From the NCBI GenBank assembly GCA_949358305.1, contig OX442314.1, positions 1,798,001 to 1,862,000 of the forward strand: a DNA stretch of 64,000 nucleotides, in the 5' to 3' direction. This document shows positions 24,446 through 36,725 of the stretch, one piece after another (the stretch's first letter is position 1; each line of letters opens with the position of its first letter). This stretch comes from Strigamia acuminata (lineage: Eukaryota). Under the pieces are notes generated by a model. It did not search any database. It was not told the DNA's origin and saw nothing but the letters and a program-made list of their open reading frames with translations. A program made the translations under genes and the position numbers.

Positions 24446-24719
24446 TGAAATAAAGGAATTATGTTGCACTTTCTAAACTTATGAAATGATTTTTTCAAGT
24501 TTCTAAACTTTTGGCACAAGTAATGTTTTGAAAATCTGGATTTGTAACTAAATGACATAACTAAATATATCTAATTTTTTGTTATTTTAGATGAAAAATA
24601 ATTGTTTTATTCCAATCTGATGGTATAAATTGGCTTTGCTTAACTTTTATGTCATATTTTTGATGTTATTCACAAAGTGAGTGAATTTTTCAATCACTTT
24701 CTAAACTTTTGAAATGTAG

Positions 24720-27700
24720 TTGTAAATAAAGCAGTCCATCCTACATCAATTTTTTTCGAGAACAAAGTCGTTGTCGGAGTAGAAGACGTCCGAGTTGGCG
24801 TCGCTGTAGTCGGAGTGGAGTACGAGGCGTATGAAACATTGTCGTCCGAGCGACACCAACTTTGCTCGTCGCTACATTCGCTATATTCGCATTCTGTTGA
24901 GTCGATGCACGAGTTCCACGCGTCGGACGATATTTCGCTCTGACATTATTCTTCTTATTTTGCGGAAATCAAATTGAATTGATAAGATGTGAAGTGCTAA
25001 TCATGTAAATAATCATAAAGTCAAACTTCACATCGAGCTCACGGTCATTTATTCGGAATTTAAAATAAAAGTGAGAAGTGAAATAGAATTTCTGTTCATG
25101 TACACGACGACCAATCAATCGATCCATCGATTTCAAACAACAAACAATGAAAAAAAATTGATATTTGTTTGTGTTCACAACGTCCTTGGATGCCAAAGAG
25201 AAAAACGAATTACGCTGACGACGACAAGTTGCCTCACTTCTTCCGGTTGTTCTTGTTGTTGCCTGGAGGCCACGGCGGAAAAAGCCAGGACAGAAGACTG
25301 GGCGGAGGCCTGGGCGGAAGCCTGGGCGGAGGCCTGGGCGGACGCCTGGGCGGACGCCTGGGCGGACGCCTGGGCGGATTTCTCGGCGCAGGTTGTAGTG
25401 GTCGGATGATGGCGTTGGCATTGGCGTTGGCGGCGACCGCCAGTTGGGCTTGGGCTTGCTGCTGCTGCATGTGTCGCTGGAAGACAATTTGGCCACGCTC
25501 GTTGACCATGGGCATGAGGCCCTGCGCGTACTGTTGCTGGGCCTGCTGAACGGCCGCGAAAGGCGTTTTGGTCGGGTCGTGGCGCAGCCCGACCGCCTGC
25601 GCTTCCGGATGGGACTCGATGTACTCTTGTTTCGCCTTCTTGGCGGATTTCTTCACGCCGCAGTCCAGCGGGAGGTGGTTCGGTTCCTTGCACAACCTTT
25701 ATTTGCAAACTAAATTAGCATTTCATTTATTACTTTGTTCTTCTTTGTCATCACCTGCACGTCATTTTGAGACATTCCGGGTTGAGACAGCGGAAGATCT
25801 TGAGGTTCGCGTCCGGAATGATGGCGCAAAACGAGCAGTGAGGACACGACTCGAGATCCGAGATGTCGGCGCGCCGGATCTCCTCTTCCTGCATTTTGCG
25901 TGCGACGTTTGAAAACACATTGGGTGGTAAAACACCCTGCAGCACGACGGGCGCGAACTCGTGCTCGCAGTACGGGCCGAGGCAGGGGAAGTGGTAATTG
26001 CCTTGGCCGATGTGCATCTCTGCCTGACGCCGTATGCACGTCCTGCAGAACAAGTGCCCGTCCGTGCACTGCAGCATGTCCTCCACGAGCACTTCGTTCT
26101 CCAAGCAGCAACTGCACTCCATCAGTTCGTCATTTGCCTTCGCCACTTCGATTTTACTCAGTCGTTCCGCCTCCTTGTCCTTCTTGTATTCTAGAAAAGA
26201 GAAAAGAAATGACATGTATTTGCACGACACGATTTTTGCTCCGCCTCCTTGTCCTTCTTGTATTCTAGAAAAGAGAAAAGAAATGACATGTATTTGCACG
26301 ACACGATTTTTGCTTTTTAAACTGTACGAATGATCTTGTCTTCCATCTCGATGAACAACTTCTCTTTGTAGAAGAGTTCGTCGATTCGTCCCGGCATCAC
26401 TTTCAGGGGACTCATCACCTTCTTTTTCCTCAAGTTCTCCCTCCTTTTCTTGATTAATGGTTCTGTAATTAATCGAATTAGTTAATTATTTCGTAACCGT
26501 TTGGCCACCCAAGGGTATCCAGCGTCACAGACACACACTGCTCAATGGCCCCGAGGTCAGCCCTACCCTTGTGGAGTGTGGATTGGTTCGCGCCCGTGTA
26601 CTTGATATTAAATTTATACTGCGCATCCCATTCTGCGCAGGGATTCCAGTTGTTATTTAGCAGTATTAAGCCTAATATTAGACCTAATAATGCTAAAATA
26701 AAGTAAATAAAACAACAATAACCTCATCATTAAAAGTAATTTATGACCAAAATATTGGGCAGTTAGACGGGGATCTCCAACCACTAGACAGCGGATTAAA
26801 GGTCACTAAACCCAACAATCTGGTTGTCTTTATTTACGTGAATATTAATCCCACCCCACAGTCACAATTTGTTATTTTCGTTTGCTTAATTCACCGTCAG
26901 TGGGCGAAACGTTCCAGAGCGCATTCATCTCTTTCATGATGGGCGTGAGGTGGAAACGGTGTTTCTCCATCACTTTCGTCAAGTCAGCTTTATATGCGTA
27001 TCGAAACTGGTTACTGACGTAGCATTCAACGTGCAACCGGTACGGCGCCCTCACGACTCGGTCCTTGTTTTTGAAGAAGTTCTCCGGGTCTGGGAACATC
27101 TCCAGGAATTCCTCAACGCTGAACTTGCTGAAAAAGAAATTCGGGGGAAATGATGACAAAAATCAATACAAACAACGACAAATCATGAAAAAACATCATT
27201 AAAAGCGCTTTGTTCATAGAAACACTATAAAAACGAAGTAAAATAAACAAAACAAGTAGAAAACCTTTCGACAAATTTCCGCTTGACCGCCGCCTTTTGA
27301 GCTTTGGCCAACTTGGGATACGAACGACTTTCCATCCACCCGTTAACCGTCGCGTTTATGCGATTCACATTGTTCTTCCATCTCTCCAGAAAAGTGCGCA
27401 TGTATTCGGGATCAGCGTCCGGAAAGAGCTCCAAAATCGCGTTTAGGTTCTCCATCGTCGCCGACATATTGTTATTCTTTTCTGTTGAAGAGCACGCGAT
27501 TGCTTCCGGGCCGTTATTCCCGGCATTCGGGGCTGTGTTCGTCACGGGAAACGGCGCCATCCCGTGTATATCGAGCAACTCGCTGATGACTAAGCGCACC
27601 CGGTTTGCATTCCCGTGATGCGCCTCCAGATACGCGAGGATTTCCTCCCGGCTCTTGTTCGGGACGAATCTGCTCACCACCTCCACATCGTTGATCAAAT

Positions 27701-28620
27701 CGTTCATCTTATTCGGTTGGTATTCTTCCGGGATGTGCAACGGCACTTGTGCGGGTTGCTTTAATTGTTGCGCGATCAAACGATCGATGACGATGTTTCT
27801 TCTGTTGGGATTCGCACTCAAGGTTTCAACCATCGCGTAAACTTCGTTCCGATCCACCAAGAAATCCGGGTGGAGCACTCCAAGCTCGTTAACGATATTA
27901 GTCACTTCCTACATACAAATTATATTCATTTTAATTACTTTGTTACATAGTTGGGATTAATTTATGACGAAATACTTCTCTGATGTCGTTGTCTTCAACT
28001 TCGTGCTGTGGCGCGGGCGCAACGGCGATCATGCCGGGCATGTACGGAATGTCGTCTTCCTCGTCGTCTTCGTCTTCGTCTCTGTCACCGTCATCTTCGT
28101 CTTCGTCTCTGTCTTCGTCTCTGTCATCGTCGTCTTTGTCATCGTTTTCGTCTTCTTCGTCATCGTCATCGTCGTCGTCGTCGCTGCTGTGGCGGGATTT
28201 AAAAAATTTAACTTTTTCCATTGTTTTTCATTCTTAAATTAAAAAATCTGTGTGCTTTTTTGTTGATATCCATAACTGTTCCACTCTGTGAATAGAAACG
28301 GCAAGTTAGAACGGCTTTTGCACGAATTACTCGTACGTTCACCTGGAAATTTGATGCGAGCAAGTTCGAGCCGTCATCTAAAACAGGGAGGTCGAAAAGT
28401 CAAAAAAGTAAAAAAAAAACATTTGTAGCAAGAAGAACCCGGAATAGGCTTTCAGGCCTAGATTTGGAAATGTGAGCCAAAAGTTGTGAGATGACCGTCG
28501 TTCTAAATCGTTCTCATCCTTTTTTATAATTTTAGTTGCATAATTATTGTTGTTATTTTCATTATTATTATTATTATTATGATTCGTGGAACGATTTCAC
28601 GTATTTTGAGCAAAACGAGC
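24720..28620. repeat. Direct segmental duplicate of ~4080-8830
   Basis: Collinear similarity across the 3' flank, exons, introns (including the enlarged intron 3) and upstream region. Confidence 0.9.
25234..28221 (-). CDS. RNF216-like paralog lacking RING2; open frame, ~718 aa
   Basis: Exons 28221-27976, 27908-27265, 27127-26895, 26462-26328, 26190-25755 and 25696-25234 sum to 2157 nt with GT-AG sites and no stop. RING1 and IBR are present; LCKEPNHLPLDCGVKKSAKKAKQEY skips RING2. Confidence 0.75.
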
Positions 28621-28894
28621 GAATTTGAGGTTGCCAGGCGACTCCAGCTTAGCAGTTCAACATTATTTTGTGTAAGTATTGTTGCAATACCAAATTCAAT
28701 GGCGAAAACATAAAAATGAAATCCGTTTTGGATCACCCGAGTTTAAACATATTTCACAACCATTGTTACGATCGTCGTATCATCTGACCTCAGCTTTATT
28801 AAACACACTGCTGTGTTCACTTTGAATCGTTTTTATACAGGACAGAACAATAGATTCGAAATGAGTTTCAAGGTTAAACAAAAACAAGGAAAAA

Positions 28895-29570
28895 CAAGGA
28901 CGAGCAGCGCCTGAGTAAAATCGAACTGGCGAAGGCAAACGACGAACTGATGGAGTGCAGTTGCTGCTTCGAGGACGAAGTGCTCGTGGAGGACATGCTG
29001 CAGTGCACGGACGGACACTTGTTCTGCAGGACATGCGTCAGGCAGAGATGCACATCGGCCTGGGCAAGCACGAATTCCCGTGCCTCGACCCGTACTGCGA
29101 GAGCCACTTCCCGCCCATGGTCCTTCAGAACGTTTTACCGCCCAAGGTATTCTCCAACGTCATGCGCAAGATTCAGGAGGAGGAGATCCTGCGCGCCGAC
29201 ATCCCGAATGGTGTTCGCACTGCTTCTTCTGCACCGCCATGGCAAACGCCAACGTCAAGATATTCCGCTGCCTCAACCCAGAATGTCCCAAAGTGACGTG
29301 CAGGTGAAAAGAAAATTAATAAAAACAAAAAAATTGTTTTTAAGTCTTAATTAATTTTCTTTAAAAAGACTTTGCAACGAACCGAACCACCTTCCGCTAC
29401 GTGTCACGAGGCCATCAAGATCTACGAGCATTTCAAGAACGGAAGGTGAGTTAATGATTGATGAGTCACAAAAGTTAATCGATCTCATTTGAACTCACGT
29501 GTCAGGTGTCGACGATGAACTGCGTCGGCTGGATGTGCAGGAGAGCCCAAAGGAGGCGAGACAGGACTGA
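28895..29570 (+). pseudogene. RNF216-like RING1-IBR fragment
   Basis: ELMECSCCFEDEVLVEDMLQCTDGHLFCRTC followed by frameshifts; RING2 is mostly deleted. Confidence 0.85.
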
Positions 29571-30708
29571 AATGTGATAAAATTATTTAAAGAATTGAGA
29601 TGACTGAAATTCAACGTTTTATTTTCTGTTCATTGAATTTTCATTCTTTTCTGTTTCTCTAGGAGGAGAGGAAGAAGAAGACAAATATTTTTTTACTTTT
29701 GGAGAAACCGGATTTCTTTCAACCTGATTTCCATTCGATTTTTTCAGAGTTTTTCCGATTTCAGGATTATTTTTGATCAGGAAAATTTTCGACCAGGATT
29801 CCTTTCGACTGGGACAATTTCCGACTTGTTTGAAAGGAATTCTGATCAAAAAATGACGGGCAAAAACCGCGATATATTGAATTAAAAATTGAAAACGTCC
29901 CCTTGATACTTCACTGCATCTCACAAGGAATAAAAAAATGCGGGATGTTGCGCCAATGCGTAAGATCAAGCATTAAAAAAATAAGATTAAAAAATTAAAA
30001 TTAAAAGAATAATTTTTGAAATTTCCAGTGTATACCCACTAATTTCACATTCAATCTCAATTAATTTTGTCACGCACCTTTTGCAAACAATAAATTGGTT
30101 AAATTTCAACATAAAAATGAAATATTCAGAGATTAGAATCATTTTCAAACATTTTTGCAATTTTTTTTTACTGAGCACCACCAGAAAAATAAACAGTTTA
30201 GCAATATTGCAAATAAACAACGCAAACAAATGTTAAATAAAAAAAAAATTGATTACAAAATTGGTGTTTTAAAATGGATTCGTTTACTTGGTGGCTTTGT
30301 GTTTCACGAAGTTCGAGAAAGCCGTTTGGTTTTTATCTTCGACTGGACATATGGAGGCGCATATCGTGTTTGTTGGTCGAATGGTTACGACCGATCGATC
30401 TCTGTCTAGCTGTCCATCTGCCGACGAAATTCAACTTTGTATCAACAAACAAACACAAATCAAAAACAGCGGCGCGAGTTCCGCGCGCGCAATTTCAAAT
30501 TCATCTCATCGAGCCGTGCAAGTTTCGCCTTTCATTTTCGAATGTCGACGAAAAGGGCGAAGAGCCTTTCGGGTTCTTTTTCCCGTTTCTGTTCACAGAG
30601 TTGAGCCGTTTTGGATATCAATAAATAACTGGCACATCGATTTCATAACTCAATCAAGGAAATCGAAGAAAAAAGATGAATTTTTAAAATCCTGCCACAG
30701 CAACGACG

Positions 30709-32471
30709 ATGAACAGCAACGGCGACGACAATGAGGATCGTCCGAACACTGCCGGCAAGATCGCCGTTGCGCCCGCGTCAGAAGCTGAAAACGACATCAC
30801 AGAAGTATTTCATCGTAAATTAATCGAAACTATCAAATAAAATAATTAAAAGGGATTTAATTTCTATATAGGAAGTAGCTTTGATCGTTAACAAGCTTCG
30901 CGAACTGTATTCGGATTTCACAGTAGATCCGAACGAGGTTTATGCGTTGCTTCAACCAGTGAGCGCGAATCCCAACAGGACGAACATCGTGATTAATCGG
31001 ATGATCGCCAAATGGCAAAAGGAACCCGAAGAAGTGCCATTGAACATCCCGGAGGAACAGAAAGCAGACAAGTACGACGAATTGGTGAAAGATGTGGAGG
31101 TGGTTAGCAAAGTCGTTCGGAACAAGAGCAGGGAGGAGATCCTCGCGTATTTGGAGGCGTTCCACGCGAATCCGGACCGAGTACGCATCGTGGTCACCGA
31201 GTTGCTTGAAATAAACGGGCCGGCGCCGTTTCCTGCGGCGAATGACGTTCGGAGCGCCGGGAATGATGGGGCGTCGACTTCGCCCGAATCGATGGCGATG
31301 GAGAAAGTCGGATCGATTTTAGAGCTTTTCCCGGACGCAGATCCCGACTATCTGCGGAATTTCGTCGAGAAATGGGCGGACGATGTGAATTACATCAACG
31401 CGACGGTCTACGGGTGGATGGACAATCGGAATTATCCGAAGTTGGCGGAAGTTCAACGAGCGGCGACAAAACGGAAAATTGTGGAAAGGTTTTCTTGTTG
31501 TTTTATGCATTCGAAATATATTTATGAAAAAAGAGAAGATTTTTATTAATTTTTCTCAATGATTTTGCTGTCCGTTTTGCAGCGATTTCAGCGACGAGGA
31601 TCTTTTGGAGATGTTCCCATATGCGGAGAACTTTTTCAACAACGAAGACAGATCCACGAGTGTATCGTACAGACATCACGTCGATCGCTACCTCCAAAAC
31701 CAGTTTAAATACGCGTTTCACGCCGATTTGTTGAAAGTGATGCATAAACACCGTTTCCACCTTACGCCGGTCATGAAGGAGTTGAACGCCATCTGGAACG
31801 TCTCCCCAACAGACGGTGATTTAATCAATTAATCAATCAATAAATAAATAATAAACTTAAATGATTAATTCGATGAATGCAGAACCGCTAGCCAAGAAGA
31901 CGAAAAAGACCGTGAGGACAAAAAAGTTTCCGACTCAACGCGTTCCCATGCCGACAACGATCGACGAACTCTTCTACAAAGAAAAGTTGTTCATCGAAAT
32001 GGAAGACAGAATCAAACGTAATTTAAAATTATAAATCATGTCGTGTAATTACGTGTGATTCAATTTCTAGAATACAAAAAAGAAAAGGAAGAGCAGCGCC
32101 TGGGTAAAATCGAGCTGCGCCACGACGACCCGACCAAAACGCCGTTGGCGGCCGTCCAGCAGTCCCAGCAGCAGTACGCGGAAGGCTTCATGCCCATGGT
32201 CAACGAGCGTGGTCAAATCGCCTTCCAGCGATTCATGCAGCAGCAGCAAGCCCAAGCCCAACTGGCGGTCGCCGCCAACGCCAACGCCATCATCCGACCA
32301 GTGCAACCTGCGCCGAGGAATCCGCCCAGGCGCGCGCCCAGGCCCCGACCGTGGGCCCTGCCCAGATTCCCAATGTGGGTCCTGGGCATCTTACCAGACC
32401 CGCCTAGCTTCCCAACGTGGGCCCTGCCCAGCTTCCCAACGTGGGACCCGTCGTCGTCGTCATCATCGTAA
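30709..32471 (+). CDS. RNF216-like paralog lacking the whole RBR; open frame, ~493 aa
   Basis: Exons 30709-30804, 30872-31488, 31583-31815, 31883-32017 and 32071-32471 sum to 1482 nt with GT-AG sites and no stop. QRLGKIEL|RHDDPTKTP joins the pre-RING1 helix to the C-terminal tail. The start codon is uncertain. Confidence 0.7.
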
Positions 32472-33719
32472 TTCCTTTTTCTCTTTGGCATCCAAAGACG
32501 TTGTGAACACAAACAAAAATCAATTTTTTTCATTGTTTGTTCTTTGGAATCGATGGATTGATTGATTTAGTCGTCATGTACATGAAAAGAAATTCTATTT
32601 CACTTCTCACTTTTATTTTAAATTCAGAATAAATGACGGTGAACTCTATTTGAAATTTGACTTTATAATTATTTACATGATTAGCACTTCGTATCAAAGA
32701 AAAAGGGAATGTGAGAGATTGGAAAAGAAGTTGAAGCGCGTGCAGAGTGAATTAAGCCAACAGCGTGACTACGGAAACCTTTAGTTTGGGGCACAATTCG
32801 TTTTGAAGTGCCGGTCTCTTCGTTTGTTCTCGACGTGTGGTTGTTCTGTTCTCCCTCGAACGAGACGTCGCCATGTCTTGTTCATGCAGATTTAGTTTAT
32901 TTTCTTTACACTGGATTAAACCAGCTTTGTTTTTTCTCTTCATCTTGTCTCCTTTTCTCCAAATGATCATTTTCGAGAAGGAATTTGAGCCGAGTGAACT
33001 CGAGGAGACAGAGAAAAACGAGGCAGGTATGAAATTGCAAACCAGGTTACAAGCCAAACATAAGCCTGGCCAAACTCGAAATGATGCGCGCCTCCGCCAT
33101 CACGGCCAGCGGGGAAGGCCGCCGCAACATAAATAATTCTCTGAAAAACGCACGATACCGAACTGCCATCATTGGGATATTCCAACATCTGTAATAAATG
33201 TCCAAGTACCCATATCTTTGCACAAAAATGCTTTGCCGCCGTTGAAGACAAATCTACGGATAACCAATCCCGATTTAAATGTATAAAAATAATTGTGCCG
33301 TATATCAAAAGAAAACTATTCACGTCAAACAGCGACGAAGCATATTTGATTCTTCTTTGTGTGTTGCAGAGAAGTTTCAATAATTTTCGTTTCGTCCAAT
33401 CAAAATAAGCAGAAGAATGAATTCAACTGCAATCAGCAGGCCTACGAAAGATTGTCAAACGTTGAATTTCAGGCATGTCACAAATGAAGGAATTCGTTCT
33501 CTACAATTCGTGAAACAATTTTGTCAAATTTCAACCGGGTTCACTCGCAATTTATTCTTATTTTATAAAGGTAGAAAAACAAATAAAAACGGATGTGTAA
33601 ACACGTATACACGAAGACCAATCAATTTCAAAGAACAATAAAAATAATAATATTTAATTATTCCTTTTTGTTCAATTTCTTTCCCCTTTGATGGCAAAAA
33701 GAAAAAAAAACGACGACGA

Positions 33720-33950
33720 CGCGGCCTCGGCGCAGGTTGTCCAAACAGAAAAGGGTCTTGAGCAGATTGTCCAAAAATAATAGGGTGGGGGTTTCTGGAA
33801 GACGATCTGGCTTTGCTCGTTAAACCTGAGCACGGCTCCTCGTGCGTACAGCTGCTGCTCCCTCTGCACGGCCTCCAACGGCGTTTTGGTCGGGTCGTGG
33901 TGTAGCCCGACCGCCTGCGCTTCCGAGTAGTCATGCCTCGCCTTCTTGTA
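33720..33950 (-). pseudogene. RNF216-like last-exon fragment
   Basis: KKARHDYSEAQAVGLHHDPTKTPLEAVQREQQLYARG. Confidence 0.7.
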
Positions 33951-34198
33951 AATCAAGAAAATTGAGAATTTAAATTTTAAATTTTTTATTATTAATTTTT
34001 AGTATATTTAATTAATATTTCATTTCGTGGAGACCGCACTGGAAAAAAAGTAAATTTCCAAACATTTTCAAGTTGGACATTAATATGGAAAATTGGAATT
34101 TACTATCATGTAAAAATTTGATGGAAATACGTTGGAAATATCCACATATTTCCAAACTTCTGAAAATTAGTAGTAAATCCTAGAGATTAAACCTAATA

Positions 34199-34614
34199 TA
34201 GGGTGTCCCAAAAGTAACGCAAGATTTGAATTAGCCGCCATTTGTGCAGTAAATTGTTGGCGACCCTGAAACAACAACGATTTGACAGCTGAAAGTTTAG
34301 GGTTTTTTCTGCCGAAATTGGATGATATTGATGTGGCCAATATGTGGTTTCAACAAGACGGTGCCACATGCCATACAACCATGGAAACAATTCAATTACT
34401 GCATGAGACATCACCGGTTTCGGTGATCAGAATTGGCCCCTTTTTCTTGCACCGTCTTGTTGAAACCACATATTGGCCACATCAATATCATCCAATTTCG
34501 GTGAAAAAAAAATTAAACTTTCAGCTGTCAAATCGTTGTTGTTTCAGGGTTGCCAACAATTTACTGCACAAATGGCGGCTAATTCAAATCTTGCGTTACT
34601 TTTGGGACACCCTT
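34199..34614. mobile_element. Tc1/mariner-derived fold-back MITE
   Basis: ~165-bp inverted arms (agggtgtcccaaaagtaacg...) with TA on both flanks, and a transposase remnant MWFQQDGATCHT. Confidence 0.85.
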
Positions 34615-34739
34615 TATTTCCAATAAGTTGTTAGTCTTTTGTTTAAAATGTTATGTTTCCAATCAGTTTTCTTTCAGATGGAAATGTGTTGTAAATGTCT
34701 GAAATGAAAACTTATCATTTCTGGATCCGCACATGCCTC

Positions 34740-35283
34740 TATCCATCCCACTACCTTTTTTTGCCTTTTTCCAACTCCTGCTGACTATCGGTTTGTTGGT
34801 GCAAATCAACAACCGATCCTTCATATAACTCAATCCCTTCGCTTCATTTTTCTCGATCTCGTGAAAAAGGCCAGGAACGTGAATAACCACGGCATTAACT
34901 AGGATAAATATCAAATAAATATCAATAAAAACCAACGACAAATTCCATTGGGCCAACTCACCGATGACCGAAATGCAACTCGGGTTGATCACTCCGCTCG
35001 GCAAAAGATGGAAATCGTACGTTTTATTATTCACCACGAGACCGTGTGGCCCGCGTTGTTTCCACCCTGCGAATATAAACCAACAAAACTCAATAAAATA
35101 AATTAAATATTGTAAAATAACACGACAAAAATCACTAACTTGGCACCGGCAAATGACGTCGGCCGTCGCGGCGAGAAGATCCACGATTTTGCCTTTTCCC
35201 TCGTCGTCCCACTGCGGGCCCAGCACAACCTTGACCGAGCCCGCACTCGTTTCTTCCTCGGTCGGCACGGCTCCGTTCAGCAA
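34740..35283 (-). pseudogene. ADSS: Adenylosuccinate synthetase 5' fragment
   Basis: [39 protein letters not shown] and [11 protein letters not shown] over three exons. The P-loop is altered, there is a frameshift after GHTV, and the gene is truncated. Confidence 0.85.
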
Positions 35284-36397
35284 AATTTAAAACGTCGGAG
35301 ACTAGTCAATTGTAATGATTTTGTTCTAGCGTCGACCTAAAAAATGTTTAATTAATAATTAATAAAAACCTGTACACAACCGGATTTTAGATAATTTACG
35401 CGTTGACGATCACATTTATAACGTTTGCGTTAAGTGCAGCAGGAGCAGGAGGAAGGGGTGGTGGAGTTTGGTAGATAATGAGCACAATTACAGCAATTTC
35501 TACAAAAATATAAATAATAATTCTCTCGATGTAATTTAGTATCTCGAAAAAATCATTTCTTTGAATTCCCAGAATGGTTTTGGCTTTCTTAATTTTTTCT
35601 GTGCCATTCATCCTTAAGAAAATGTAAAAAAAAATAACTCTCAATTTTGGTTGAAAAAACAGTAACAGAAGCGAGTCATAGTAACGCTGCAGTCCAATCA
35701 CAATGCAGCACAAAATTGCACATTTTTAAAAAAAAAATTTCTCGAATTTGTCAAGATAAGTTACGTGAAATTTATTTTTCCCAAATTGTTTAAAAAAAAT
35801 TAAATTTTTGCAACTTGTCCAAATTTTTCTCTAATTTTTCTAGCGGTCCATCTGCCGACGAAATTCAATTTTGTATCAACACAACGGCGCGAGTTCAGCG
35901 CGTGAAATTTCAAATTCATCTCATTGAGCTTACAAGTTTCGGCTTTCATTTACGAATGTCGGACGAAAATGGCTAAGAGCCTTTCGGCTTCTTTGTAAAA
36001 AGAACACGAAATTAAATCAATAAAACCGGCGGATTTATTAATTTAATTTGATAGCAAATTGATTCAGGTATTTCTGAATAATTAATTAAACTATTTTAAA
36101 TATTTTAAAAAATTAAATTTTTGCATCAAAGTTCATTGAAATACATTACATTAATTATTCACTAAATTTCACAAAATTCATCAAATTTAATTAAGAATTT
36201 ATCAAATTTTATTAAAAATTTATCAACTTTTACTAAAATTTCATAAAATTTCATCAAATTTCACTAAAATTTCATCAAATTTCACTAAAATTTCATCAAA
36301 TTTCACTAAAAATTCAACAAATTTCACTAAATATTTATCAAATTACATTAGTAAGAATTCATCTAGATTTGCAACTCGGTTTGCAGTTCAACGTGTT

Positions 36398-36725
36398 GCC
36401 GCCAGCATATATTTTTTTCCACATCATCACTACAGATCCTCCGCCCATTACCGATCGCCAGACATTGCTAGCGATCATCACACATCATCATCGCCTGTTC
36501 TTGGTTTTTTTTCTTTTTTTTCTAACAAGGGGGGGCTAGCGCCTCCTCCTTGACCCCCCCGCGAACCTCACCTTAACTGGTTTTTTTAATGGGATGGGAG
36601 TTTGGCACTTACTGACTAAGGATAAGTCTGGGGAAAATTATGATTATCATTGGCAATGTCTGGCGATCGGTAATGGTCGGATGATCTGTAGTGATGATGT
36701 GGAAAAAAAGAAATGCGGTCGGCAT
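36398..36725. mobile_element. Degenerate inverted-repeat (MITE-like) element
   Basis: tttttttccacatcatcactacagatc...cattaccgatcgccagacattgc (~36412-36468) recurs inverted at ~36652-36709. Confidence 0.55.

Noticed and set aside
30274..30734. Recurrent MVALCFTEFEKAVW ORF as a gene family
   Set aside because: The copies differ by frameshifts and in length; better explained as a deleted remnant in the duplicated spacer.
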